Position numbers and translations under genes: made by a program
Shown: piece by piece, positions 1 through 13,978 of the stretch
Position numbering within the stretch: position 1 is the stretch's first letter
Layout of the letters: each line of letters begins with the position of its first letter
Assembly (NCBI GenBank): GCA_000165425.1
Contig: CT868022.1
Span: 1-64,000, forward strand
DNA from: Paramecium tetraurelia
Lineage: Eukaryota
Length of the DNA stretch: 64,000 bases
Direction: 5' to 3'
The notes under the pieces: generated by a model
The model's database searches: none
What the model saw: only the letters and a program-made list of their open reading frames with translations
Told to the model about the DNA's origin: nothing

Positions 1-1260
1 TAGCTTTGTGAAGCCTACTTTGCTATGTAATACATTCCATAGAAGTAGCTCTTGATATCAAAGAATGGATATAGTAAGTAGGTTTACAATTATATATTCT
101 GATCAGAATGGGTCAATTTTTTATATGATTTTATTAATGTAAATAACTGTATTATGTTAATGTTCTTAAGTTGTGTATTTTGGTAATTGACTACTGACGA
201 ATTGTAAGTTGGAACTTTCAAATAGAAATTATGAATAATAATATCAAATTATATATATTTACATTATTTTTCACAATCTTATACTTAAATTATCAACACC
301 TATTAGAATATATTATTTTGTATCGTTTTAAGATATCATTCAAGAGTTGTAAAACAAAGAATATGTATTAGAATTATTAAAATATATTATAGGATTAATC
401 TTTTAAAGTTTTTTCAAAGCAAACTATTTTTCAAAATATCTTTTGATGTCGAAAATCAAAGTATTATAATGTTAATTATTTATTTTTACATTACAATTTA
501 TTATTGTTTCTATTTCCCTATTTTTATTACAATAATTTATGCTTCTTTTGTAGCTTTAAAATTGCTGCTTGTGATACATACTTCATTATCAAATGTGTAT
601 CTTAATCATAATTCACTATAGTTTCCATATTCATGAAAATCTTTATGACTATAAGAAACTGATATATAATAACACTATATTTATTAGCATTTAATTTTGC
701 GAAATACATTAATTGTAATCATGGGCATTTTTCAATTGCATTGAATAATTTGCAAGTGAACTTAGAGTAATGTCGCAATTCTTGATTATTATTAATTTTG
801 AAGAAATTCCCTTTCTCTTTATGCTTCAGTTACACAATCAAAGTTATTCTCAGTATTTCTACGTAACTTCCTTTTACATTATGCACCCCTTTGGTTGTAT
901 AATACCTAGAGGTTAAACTCGTTTTATTCACATCAATTTACATTCAATCTTTTTGCAGTATTTGAAATTAAACTTAAATTAATAATCTTTCACCACTTAT
1001 CTACATTTAAAGCTAATTAAAATATTATAAACTAGAGTCAATAAATTTTTATACATTTATAATTTTTCTCTCTTATTGTATATCATGTATTGTACTAATT
1101 AAAATAACATCTTATTCAAATGAGCAAAAATTTTTAAAGTCTATTAACTTCATTTTACATTTAAGAATTAGCTTGTGCAGTTTTGAAATTAATTGAAATA
1201 TTTTTAGATCAACTATTCATAAAATATTATATTTTGAATTATTTGAATAAAAACAAAAAA

Positions 1261-1332
1261 TCACCAACCCGGAGACTTGAACTCGGATCTTCGCTTCTCA
1301 AGAGCAACGTTTTCCCTCTAAACTACTTGGTG
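1261..1332 (-). tRNA. Atypical tRNA-like gene, anticodon TGA (Ser-type) but short variable loop; possibly a pseudo-tRNA
   Basis: Minus strand reads CACCAAG TA GTTT AGAGGGA AAAC G TTGCT CTTGAGA AGCGA AGAT CCGAG TTCAAGT CTCCGG GTTGGTG A. It folds into D, anticodon and T arms with a GTTCAA B-box, and is followed directly by TTTTTT (Pol III terminator). It has a G7:G mismatch and a bulged C in the T stem. Confidence 0.75.
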
Positions 1333-2584
1333 ATTTTGATAATACTAATTAAAGATTTACTTAATATTAATTTTAAAATCTTATGTCTTTTCTTTTCATT
1401 CTTTTACCAACTTGAGATAGAAAATATATATAATTATAATTCATGTTTATTAACTTAATGATAATAATAAAATACAATGCACTTGTTGTGAAACGTCAAT
1501 AACTTGCATTAAGGATTTTTCGAACTCTAAAATTTACTTAATTAAGCATCCAATCATTTTCAGCGTTTGCATTTCTTTTCAAGAGTTACTACAATCAAAG
1601 ATTGAGTTTCTATTATGGCATCATAAGCCAAAGAATGTTTGATCGAATATTCAGTTACAGGAAAACCTTTAAAGATTCGAATATTGGTATAATTTATATG
1701 TAGTAATCAAACTTCATGGTTCATACTAAATTAGCCTTAAATAATTATTGTGTAAATAGCATATTCAATCAAGAACAGACTCTCTATGTACAAAAGTAAA
1801 TTTCGATAAATCTTCAGTTAATTACTATTTGAATTGAAATTCACACAGTAAATATCATTAAAGAATAAATCTAAAAATTTATTATTACTTAGAGAATTTT
1901 CAGCAAATTATGAATTGTATGGAGAAGCATGTCACTTTAAATAAATAATTAGCTTACTAGGTTGTACTTTAAGGTTTTTATTACAGTTGTCAAAGGAGGA
2001 ATCTATCAATGGACAAGGACAAGATCAATAGCCAAATTCATATTCGCCTTGACACCTCCAATTTGATTTGTTAATTATAAGGACTTAAAATAATTTAACA
2101 TTTATTATATTCTCTTTACTTAAGAAAAATCTTCGCTAAATATTATCCCAAACATTTAAAATTAGCAATTGTAATAGACTCAAAATGTTTACAGATACAT
2201 ACACTAAGTTCTGATTAATTTTAATTTATCCTTAGTTTTATAATCGGAAACATGCCTTAAATTATTTTTGAAAGCAAATGGCATTTATCTAAATATTATT
2301 TTGAAGTATATACTTTACAAGTAATAAATTCTTCAAAATTTTCATTTTAAATTCATTTTCGCTGTGACATGTGGTTATATTTTATATTACTTAAGGTCCA
2401 ATTGAAAAGTATAAGAAATATAACAACATGCATAATAACTATCTTTTGCCTATACCTGATAAATATCCATTTATTTAACTTTACTTATAACACCATCTCT
2501 GTTAATAACTTCTTCCTTAAACCCATATAAATTGCTATAATTACTGCATATTATTATTTTTATATTAAATATATAATTTATACA

Positions 2585-3972
2585 TCATTACTTTTTTAAC
2601 TAATCTAAGGGCTTTTTAGTTAAGTCAATAGGATAAGATATTAATAGAATTAGCATGAAAAAACTGCATACGCCGCATATTAAGAATGGCAAATAATTAT
2701 TATTGAAGTAGATTGGGAAGACGACAAATGGTGCAAGAGATCCTGCTATTCTACCCATGGCCATTGTTGTTCCAACTCCTAATGATCGGTATAGAGTATG
2801 ATAGGATTCAGCAAATAATACATTTAATGTTCCCCAATTTATCTTGCAACAGAATTTGAAGATGATGAGTCCCATAATGATAATTTAAAATTTCCAAACC
2901 CAAATCGAAAATAGAATTATAATGAGCAGTGTTGTAGATAATAATAAGGTGGATAATCGACCAAATGTATCTATACTATATAACATTAAAAATATAGCTG
3001 GGATCTCACCTATGTCGACGATGTATAAATGTAACAAAGACTTGTTTTCATCATCCAAAATAAATGGCAATATGTTAAAGATAGCCAACATTGTGAACAT
3101 AAACAAGAAAAATATCAAATAATTCCTCCAAGTAATCGGAAGATTTTCTGAATTAAACAGTTGCTTAATAGAATTATTTTCTTATTGGTGGTGTAAATGT
3201 TACTCTGATGCCCACTCTTTTAAACTCAAAATTTCATTATCAGTCAACATCTCATAATCTGAATTATTAAATTATCCGATATTATTTAGATTATCAATTC
3301 CTTTTTGTATTTCTTAGTGTAAAATCAAAAATCTTGGGGATTCTTAAATCCAAAAGATTGTACCAATTAGACAAAACAAACATGGCATACTATTACATAA
3401 AGAGATGGCTCTCCAGTTGCCCTTTGAAATACCTTCCATAAAAATATATCCCAATATCATTATCCAACATCGTCCCAACAATATCATTATTTATAGTGCC
3501 ACTATAATCTTACCTCGATGAAGTTTTGGAGTCACTTCAATCATTAATATTGAACTAATAGGAAGATTCATTCCTATGACAGTTCCATATGTAAGTCGAA
3601 GCAGGATCATTTGAAGTATGTTTTAAGCAAATACTGTAAGAAAAACGACTCCAGTCTTTATATCATAACTCTATAAAATACTTGCAAAACTGTTCCTATT
3701 ATTAAAATACGTTTCCTTCCTATTTTATCTGCCAAGAACCCACATATTGTTGATCCTATCATTAAGCCTAAGTTAAATGAGCCACCAAATATAGAAAGTT
3801 CAACTATTGATAAATTCCATTCCTATTTTAATGTTGGTGTAAGTAATGATAAAAAAAGAAACTCGGCACCATCAAGAAAGTCGATAAAACTTATGATGAA
3901 GAATTATCTTAATTAATGCTTACCGAATCCTAATTTTCGTTCTAATAAATACTCAAAAATTTAATCACTCAT
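2585..3972 (-). CDS. Major facilitator superfamily transporter (SV2/SVOP-like)
   Basis: Code-6 frame MSDQIFEYYLERKLGFGKHQ...FIDFLDGAE...GFLADKIGRK (MFS motif A)...ESYHTLYRSLGVG...GRIAGSLAPF...KKPLDQLKKQ*. One ~26-nt intron near 3657-3682. Confidence 0.92.
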
Positions 3973-5264
3973 TTAATTAATATATTTATTCGATCTATTC
4001 AAAAGAATGTAACTATTCTATTTTTAAAGTTGAATGGAAATTAGAATAATTTGAAATAATATATCTCATTATATGTCCGAGTAGAGATTATGGATTATGT
4101 CTAATGCTAACTAATAAAAATAAAGAAAATTGTGGAATAGAAAATTATAAGAATTTATGTTCATTATTTTAATGAATTATGTACAAAACTAATAGATGAT
4201 CAGAAGGAAAATTTAATGTCGATTAAAGTGTTGCATATTCTGATAAATTAATAGTTGTATTTTATTTTATTTACTTTTTCTATAACTTGATAATAGATAT
4301 ATTTTTTCTAATTTTTAAGATATTTTGGAGTAGAATTCAAATATTAATCGAAAGAATTTCTAATATATGTTATGAAATTAGAAATTCTTTAACCTGATTA
4401 TTACACTAAAACAAACAAATTATAATGCTTTGCAATTTATTTTACACCTCATGACTGAAGTTGCTTTGCAAAATTTCTAAAGAAAACAAAATTATTAAGC
4501 ACAAAAAAAAGATTTATTTTTTTGGAAATGGCCAAAAAATATTTTAATTAGAGTCAAAGAATTATAGAATTAATTAAAATAAAAGAAGTTGGAATCATTA
4601 AAATTAATAAACTATTTAAAAGAATAATTTAATTGAAATAGTTGATATTTTCAGGAGTCACTTTAATACAAAAAAAAAGAAGCTATTGATACCAAAAGAC
4701 CTTGATTCTCAAGCAAATAATTAAAAACTTGCTTTCTGGGACAATAAAGTTAGTTGATGATTATTTCTTTTGTAAAAGGTTATACTAGTGAATCAGTTTT
4801 AAATAAAATTGATTTAAAAAAAGATGGAAAAGAAAAAAATATGATAAAAATTTATTAAAATGCGTCATGCTTAAAACTCATTCCAAATAATAAATCAAAG
4901 AACAGAATTATTTAAAAAATTTGTTAAATTTCAAAAGAATTAGTTTATATCACAAAAAATTTCTTCTTCCTAAGATTTATCCATAATACTAATTATAAAT
5001 GTTCAAAGAATTTTACTTTGAACAAATATAAGCATGAACTTTGGCCTGATCAAGGGGTTTAGAGGGATTATGTTAAGTTGTTGCCATAATGGTGTTTTCG
5101 ACATTGTTGGTTATAGAGTTTTATTCATTTTATATTTAAAATCTAGAATGGATTGTTTAATAGAGGATGTTATTTGACTTGTAATCATAATATGATTATT
5201 TATTTAAATTTTATATTAGGCAATATCTTAACTTCATAAATTATTCAATTAATATAATTCATTT

Positions 5265-8200
5265 TCAAACCAGTTATGAATGAATATTTTTGCTCACTAC
5301 TTCTGTCCAAACTTTCTAAATTTCTATGGGTTATACAGAATTTCTTAATGAAGCTTATTACATGTTTTATTAGAACTTCTAGATCATTAATTATAATGAA
5401 TGAGAAGATTTTTCTCCAGAACAGGCTATTAAGTTGATTAGACTTCTAATTTACGGTGGTAGTTAACAGAACTTATCAATTGTAGTTTATGGATAGCCTG
5501 CTTCTCCATCAGTATAAAATAATATTTAAATTCTAATATTTAAAATTTTTTTACTTATTGAAGCCTTTATATTTTACAATCAATTAGAGAGCCAAATTAA
5601 ATGGAGGGTCAAACGCAGTATTCCCTCCTTTATAAGAAATGCAGCTACTCATCTAAATGTAGTTTGGTTTTTAACATTCTACTACTATTCTTGCATCTCC
5701 ATTAAAGATTATAACGCTAACTTTTGCACAATCAACGTTTTCTAATGACTTTATACAATGTAAAGCTCCATTTTTGGCATTATCCCAATTAACTCCTTAC
5801 ATTGACCCTGAATCATCAAGAATGAGAATGTAATGAATATTCGAAATTGAAATTTGAAAATCTGATTTTTATGAGAATATGATTTCATGGTTTAATGATT
5901 TTTTTAAGTGTTAACAAATTAATTTTCCCAAACCAATATTCCAAACATTTTTCCATTTTACTCTATTTTCATTATTTTTTGCCTCGTTGATATTTTTGAA
6001 ATTCCAGTTTGAATGTGCTTTTTTGACTTCTTTCCAAGTTTTTTATACATTAGTTTCAAGAGTCCTAAGTATGCATTCATCAAGTATTTCTTCACATGTA
6101 TATAATGATGGGCTGTTATGTGATATCAAAATACCATTAATACCTAAAATATATTATAAAATTACCTCTTATTTAATGGCCATTTTAACATTTATGAATA
6201 TGGTTAATAACATCATCATTATCTTCATCACATTTTCTATTACAACATGGACATGTATATTCACAGCCATTCATCTACAATTTTAATTTCTCAAACTCAA
6301 TATCAAGTTAATACTCAGTTTATTTAAACCGTATTTAATCTATACTATCTAATATTAGATCAATTTATTGAATTAATGTTTCAACAAATGACTTTAGATT
6401 GTAAACTTATTGATCTTACGGATCGAATAATTACCAATTAATCTTAAACTAATTATCTACAGGATGGTAGTTGCTAAGCTAGAAGATTTCTTTATATTAG
6501 TCCTCTATAATATCAATTTTATCCTCAATCTTACCTAGAAGACATTAAATAAATAATCTAAAAAGATAATTTTCATAAGATATTTTATCTTTTTATTTGG
6601 CATCTTCAACAAAATATTTAATTGTTTTAACTTCCTTTTGTTGATTTTTGATATATTCAAAGAAAATTTTGGCATTTTTTTTTATGCTTTTTAAGTATAA
6701 ACTTAATTCTTTTCTATATTTATTTGAATACTCAGTTAATGATTAATCTTAAACTTATTTTAGTATGTTCAATATGTACAAATTAATAAATGATTTATGA
6801 TCAGTTGTATAAGATAGTATTTTTTTTTTAAACTGCTCATCTTCAAACATTTTTGCATTTAAACCAATTAATAATTCCTTATCTAATTTTGCTATAAGCT
6901 CAACGTTCGACATGCTTACTTAATTCATTTATTATACAACTTCCTTTTTAGTTCGATCCAAAAATTAGTTTTTTAACAATGTTTATATCTTACTGACTAG
7001 TTCAGTTGCTTTAATACAACTTTATTTTTAATTATCTTAATTAATTTCAGCCTTACATCTAATTAATTCAGTGTAATAATTGTGCTGATGTTTTTATTAT
7101 ATATTTTTTAAATTCCATCTTTAATAGCAAAGGAATCTCCATATAATTAAAATACAATAATAAAAGATACATCTTTCTCCAACATCAGTTAAAATTACAC
7201 CATATTAAGCAAATTAATTATTATATTTAATTTTAATGTTATTTTCAACCTTTTAAATTATACTTGTAATTAAATAAGGATTAAAAGATGAAATATTTTC
7301 ATCTTCTATATTATTTTGATAAGCCTATTTATTGATTGTAGATTTTGAATAGCCAATTTCTTATTTTATTAATTCGTAGAGTTCATTATAAAGCTTTCTC
7401 CAACCATTTTATTATATCATAATTTCATTAAATTGTTTTGGAAATGTTGTTCTGAAGTTATAAGGGACATCATTTTTAGGAGACTTTATGTAGTTAAAAT
7501 CTTCCTAAAACTAATTTTAATTTGGTTTAATTTCAATCTCCGTGTCAATTATTATATATTTTTAAAACTGTTATTATCTAAACTTTTGAGAATTATCCAG
7601 CGCACTACCAACACCATTTAATGGACTATCAACAATTTTGATAACTTTCAAACTTTGATATGCATCTTAAAAAGTTTGGCCAAATTACTTACCTGAGAAA
7701 TCTAATTCTAGAGTATCATTATCGTAAAATTTGAGTGATTTTTTTAATTTTGAAAAAGCTTCAGAAACTTAACTAGATTTAGAACTAATCAGCAATTTAA
7801 GTTGCTACCAACTAGTAGGATTATTTATGATGTTGTCTAATTCTTATTTTAACTCTTCATCGTATTTAATTTGCAAATAGTAAAGTAGAGATAGAAAATT
7901 ATAATAGTAATTTTTTATATTTCTTTGTTTCTCATATTTTTTAAAATAATTTTGAAAATCATTCTAAAATTGATTTTGTAAATAATTCTGAATTTCCTAT
8001 TTTGCAACAACCTAATAGATGCTCTTCTGTGAGTAAAATTATGTCATATCTAAAAATTAGGCTTTAGATTTTTCTAATTTCTCTTCAATTTTTTGTTAAA
8101 AGATGTCAAGATAAGCTAAATTATTCTGCTTTTTATTTATAAATATAAATTGTTCAGCTTCGGAGAATTCTTACTTAAAAAGTTAAAAAATTTACTCTTA

Positions 8201-11200
8201 TTCTTTGCTTTATTCATTGTTAGGATTTTATTTTATTATTTCATTCCTAAAATAGTTTATATATTATTATTCATTTTTAGTTCTTAAAATAAATTGGTTA
8301 GAAATACATTACAAGGCTTTGTATTATGCTTTAATCATTTCCAAATATTATGATTCGGATTACCTTTCAGTTTCACTTATAAATTCGTCCCATTTTTTTT
8401 TAAATTCTGATTCAATTTCTTTATCATTTCCCTGAAATTTCTTTCTCTTTAATTGATCATTTAAAACCTCTTAAATAAAATTATCAATTTAAACATACCC
8501 TTTCTTCTACTAATATTCTCTTTCATACTCTTGAATTAAATTTAATAATTTTAATTTGCAATCTGCTTCCAAAGCTTCTATTAACTTCTTAAGCTTTTCC
8601 AAATACTTTTACATGATTTTTTTCTAAATTTTATTTTCACTTCTAAATGTTTCCATCTTCTCTTCTAAATGAGTTTTAATTTATTAATTTGTTTATTCAA
8701 TTTTATTTTCTTGTTCTTATTTTATCTATCTAATATTTTGAAAAGCAATCTACTATTGACTTTATAACTGTAATTTAGCCTCTTGAATTAAATTCACACC
8801 TACCTATCTTATATCTTAATTATTCCAAAGTTCATCAAAATGTTTTTTCATCACTAAATTTTGTTAATGCTGCATTATTTCACTAAATTCTAATAAATCT
8901 GGCAATTTTTCTATACTTTCCCAATTTCTTTGAACATTTTGAAGAAAATGACTAAAATTATTTAATGAATCTTTTTAATTTTACAGTTTTTAAATAAATT
9001 GTTGTATCATATTAATTCCTTGCCTGTATGCTTCTTCGGAAAATGTGTGATTATTAACTGATTGAATCCAATCTTTCTTTTACCAACCTTTTTAATCTGA
9101 AGCAAATCCTAAACCATAAATGTTGTCTTTTATGTCCAAAATTTCTGCATAATCAATATGTTCTACTTATTACTCCTAATAATTTTCATTCCATTATATA
9201 TTTAAATCTTATGCGACGTCTTTAATTTATTGTCTAAATGGTTCAACATTTTTGTAATTATCATTTTGATTGAAGAACCAACTTAAAAACACTGATAATC
9301 CATTTTTTAAGTGCCCCAAAGTAAAAATGCACATTTCAACCAAACTTTTAAATTATTAATTTATTTCTCCTTTTACATTAATTATAATGATATCACTAAT
9401 TGAAAGCACAAATAATGCAATCTTTTTATCAAATTCTGGATCATTTTAATTTGGATTTTATAAGCCTTCTGTATCTAGGATTAGTATTTAATCAAAATGA
9501 TTTTGAAATTACTCTTCATTTTACACTTACAAGATTTACAAATCAATTCCTTTTGTACATCTCCCAACGCTAGCCCAAAAATGACATCCAAAAATTTTAT
9601 TTAATATAGTGGACTTCCCTGAACTTTATGGACCTAATATACTTATAACTAAGATCTTTTGTTTCTTATTCTATGTTATTTTACTTTCTAAGTCTAATAA
9701 AAATTGAGTATCAATTGACAAAGTATCTCCATCTAGAAATTCTAAGGACTCTCCTTTTCTCATTAATTAATAGAGTATTAACACAGGATCAATCTCTAGA
9801 TAATAATTTTTAGACTTTCTTAAGCCAATTAATTCTCTCCAAAATAATTAAAGACCAACAGTTTTTCGAGAAATATTTTACCTATTATTATCCATTTCTT
9901 ATTTTAATTAAGACATTTTACTCTTTATTTCTTTATTATCTTAACATTACTTTTCTAAACTATTGGGATATTTTTATTTTATCTTTTATTTTTCTTACTT
10001 TAATTTCGCTAATTGATTCGTTTAATTAATCATCATTTTNNNNNNNNNNNNNNNNNNNNNNNNNNNNNNNNNNNNNNNNNNNNNNNNNNNNNNNNNNNNN
10101 NNNNNNNNNNNNNNNNNNNNNNNNNNNNNNNNNNNNNNNNNNNNNNNNNNNNNNNNNNNNNNNNNNNNNNNNNNNNNNNNNNNNNNNNNNNNNNNNNNNN
10201 NNNNNNNNNNNNNNNNNNNNNNNNNNNNNNNNNNNNNNNNNNNNNNNNNNNNNNNNNNNNNNNNNNNNNNNNNNNNNNNNNNNNNNNNNNNNNNNNNNNN
10301 NNNNNNNNNNNNNNNNNNNNNNNNNNNNNNNNNNNNNNNNNNNNNNNNNNNNNNNNNNNNNNNNNNNNNNNNNNNNNNNNNNNNNNNNNNNNNNNNNNNN
10401 NNNNNNNNNNNNNNNNNNNNNNNNNNNNNNNNNNNNNNNNNNNNNNNNNNNNNNNNNNNNNNNNNNNNNNNNNNNNNNNNNNNNNNNNNNNNNNNNNNNN
10501 NNNNNNNNNNNNNNNNNNNNNNNNNNNNNNNNNNNNNNNNNNNNNNNNNNNNNNNNNNNNNNNNNNNNNNNNNNNNNNNNNNNNNNNNNNNNNNNNNNNN
10601 NNNNNATCCGTCGTGACCTTGAATATTATTTGCATATTATGAGTCAAACTATTGTAGTATTAGTAGGAACTATTCTATTTTAAGACTTTTGATTGCTTGA
10701 TTACAATTTTTTTTTAATGGATCAACAATTTAATCAAACAAAAAATTAGAAACATCTTAAGTTTAACTTATTTTAAATTACTTGTTTATTTAGATTTGCA
10801 TAGCTTGATTACGAATATAAATAAATTTAAATGTCCTGACCTTCTATTTTTAAAGTGCTTGGTGGTTTGTTGATTTAGTCTTTCTCTTCTGTATTTCTTA
10901 CAATAATGCAAATTTTAAAATTATATTTTGATTGTTAATCAATTTGCTATAAGATTTTTATCAATTAATCTAAATTTTCTTATAGTTCTCTAGAAGAATC
11001 TATTTAAACTATCCAAAATTTGAAAAATGGAAGTATTTTTATTAAGGTTTCAAAAATAATCTTTCCATGAACATCAGCCACAATAAAGTTTCTTGAATTG
11101 TTGAATTCAAAATCAAACATAATATCAATCGTATTGGAATTCATTTAACAAGTGTCACTAGTTTCAAACTTTTCTCTTTCATAAAAGATGTCGTTTATAA

Positions 11201-13978
11201 GTTCTGTTTTACCTATTTTTTTTTGATTCTCACTTAAAGACATGTTAATTATAGTATAACCTTAATCAAAAAAATAAAATAAATTGCTATTTAAAAGCAA
11301 TAATTCTGTTTTAAACTTGAGCTTATCCAAAATGGGATTTTAATATAGGAAAGGGATTGGAAATTCCTTTGAAAAAAATTTCATTATTATTAGCCTTAAT
11401 TCATCATTTGCATTATTGAAAAAGATCTGAAATACGGATTTTATATTGAAACATCCGATTCTATCTGCTAACTACCTATTTAATTATAAAATTTTATTGG
11501 CCAAAATTAATACATCTTTAGGTGATTCTCCTCTTTTAATTATATTAAAAAGTAATGGCAGTGTTAACTTAAATTTTTATGCATCTGTCATATCTTCAAT
11601 CCAGTTCTCAAGAATCTATTTTTATTTCTATTCAGAGTATTCTGACAATGATATGTTAAAGTCCTCTAAAGGAATATTCATTTATTTTGGATAATATTAT
11701 TGACTTGTTTTAATTCTTAAATACTCAATCGAAAGCATTACATATGATGGTTTTAAAATTCTGAACCATTCTTCATATAACTATTCATCCTGTTAAAATA
11801 ATTCTTCAGTTAATTATAACAATTTATTCTCTAAGTTTTTACATAAATAATATTGCAATTAAACAAATTTATTTATTTTTGAAAAATGAACTTTATTTTT
11901 TAAACAACGAAAAATAAATGGGAAATCATAACATTAATTTATAAAGAGCTACCAAATGCATTTTTCCACTTTTTAAAATTGGGATTAGTCTATTTTTTAA
12001 AATAGGTTAAAAATGGCATAAATAGTCCATTTTACTGCAGTGAGGGAAATATTCTAACTTTTATTGACCATGATTAAATATCCTAAAATATTTTGTGGAG
12101 AAATTTCTGATAAGAATACTAATAGATTGTAAATCTTCTGAAAGGGCAATTTATTTTATTCTAAAGATAGATTTCAAACTTAAAAGACATTCATAAAATC
12201 TTAACTTGATTATTGGGACGTCAAATAATTTAGTAGCTCTTAAGCCAATTTTGAAAGTGTTTAATTTGGAAATATTTTATGGAAAATATTACTATGTTAA
12301 TCTAATATAGCCTAGCCCCTTTCGCAAAAAAAGAATATAGATTTCTGGTCCGTAATTTATTAGAGATAAATTTATTGGCTTCTAAAACCATGGATGCCCT
12401 TAAAAGGCTTCCATAACTTTCAAGTAATTTTTTTAATAGCAAGTAATTATTTTCTTCATTAGGATATTCGGCATATATTATTCTCAGCAAATTTTAAAAT
12501 AATAAAAAATCTAAATTATTTTTACTAACAGTTATTAATTATTTAATTTCCTTTTCTATTGCACATACTGCTTCTAAGAATGATGATTTTTTATCCTAGG
12601 TGATTATATGTAATGTATTGAACAAGTTTTCATTTTGATTATATATCCAAACAAGATTTGTAATTAGTTGAACAATTTAATCGTTTTATTGTATAATGTC
12701 TGATTTATAAAACCTTAATGAGCGAATTATTCTCGAATACTCTTAAAATTTGAGATAATCTTTAAGTACTATTTAAGTAAGTATTTATTTCTTTTCTTGA
12801 TAGGCTTTGAAATTATTATCCATAATTTTAGTAAATTCTTTCGAAATTTTTAAAGATATTTCATCATCTATTTCTTTAACAAAATAACAAATTCTTTGAA
12901 TTACAAATAAATATATCGTATCTTAGATATTATCTTTTTATTTTTTGAAATACCTATCTATTAATATCTGCTTTCTATCAGTTCCTATTTTAGGTAAACT
13001 TTCCAATTAATTTTTGAGATCGGCTTATAAATTATATTTGAAACAATACTTTTTCCAATAATAAAAGACAGTTTATACATATAAGTCATTAATATTATCA
13101 TTTACATTTTCAATATTGTTAACATAAGATATAACTTAAGAGAATTAGCATTATTTTGTTGGAATCTAAATTAATGAGCTTATAAATTATTCTAAAGTTG
13201 ATCTGATGTTTATAACGTCTTTACTAAGATTCATTAATAAAACTTCGTATCTTTAGTTTTTTTATAAGAATGCTTATAAATTACTGTCCTCCTTAGAAAT
13301 CACTGTCAATTGTAAATTTTGTAAATATTCCACAAAAGTATGATAATTTATTGGATCATCCTTTTTTAAATTCTCAAAATAATAAGATATTTCGTATAAT
13401 TATTTTTATAATAAGGATCCTATTAATTGTTCAAGTGTTTTTGATTCATCTTCTGTAAATATTGAATTACAATAGAATAGCTCTAATAAAATTTTCAAGA
13501 TCTCTATTTGAGATAAATCATTTTTATCTAAATGATAGTCTAGTAAATCAAAAACTAATAAAGACTTAATTTTAAGTTTTATTAATTATGGTAAATTGGT
13601 AACAAGTTCATCTGGAATCTTATTCTATCTTCTATATTCAGGCATCTTTATCTTATCTAAAATAGATTCATAATTATAAGTTTTTCTGTCTTAATCGTAT
13701 ACCTATTAATAATCAATTACTTTCATTTTTGAAAAATTCCCTTAAAGCAAATATCCTCCTTATCTTACGAATTCATAGTCTCTAAAATATGTATTTAGTG
13801 CCTTAATTACTTCTTCCTTGTCAGGATTACTTAATTATTATATTAGTAGATTCAAATCTTCTAAAATATAATTGCTCTCAACTAGATATCCTTATGCTAT
13901 CTCTTAAAAAATTTCCAATATCTTTTGCTTGATATTTTGATTATTTAAGGTTAGTTCAAAATTAACCTCTAAATGCAT
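5265..13978 (-). CDS. Giant VLIG/GVIN-type (very large inducible GTPase-like) protein with C-terminal von Willebrand factor A domain, ~2,900 aa, spanning the gap at 10040-10605
   Basis: G1 ILGPQSSGKSTILNKIFGCHFWASVGRCTKG (~9550-9640), G3 ILDTEGL and FDKKIALFVLSISDIIIINVKG. Cys/His cluster GCEYTCPCCNRKC..NHIHKCQNGH (~6175-6270). vWA MIDAS ILDDSGSM..T..TDG (5500-5830). The frame is consistent from the ATG at 13978 to the TGA at 5265, with two 22-nt introns (6144-6165 and ~5535-5556). Confidence 0.85.
10040..10605. other. Assembly gap (other gaps: 19052-19201, 36911-37035, 38857-38901, 54995-55807)
   Basis: Runs of N. Confidence 1.

Noticed and set aside
480..1070. Possible small minus-strand gene
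   Set aside because: Composition looks coding, but TGA stops occur in all frames tried and no motif is recognisable.
1183..1458. 91-aa ORF from the track
   Set aside because: It overlaps the antisense of the tRNA-like gene and AT-rich spacer, so it is spurious.
1500..2100. Plus-strand coding-like remnant
   Set aside because: No continuous frame or identifiable family.
4050..5200. Possible decayed gene between the MFS and VLIG genes
   Set aside because: Only short broken frames; cannot be assigned.
10013..10647. Long poly-X ORFs in the track (also at ~19.0, 36.9 and 54.9-55.9 kb)
   Set aside because: Artefacts of translating N runs.
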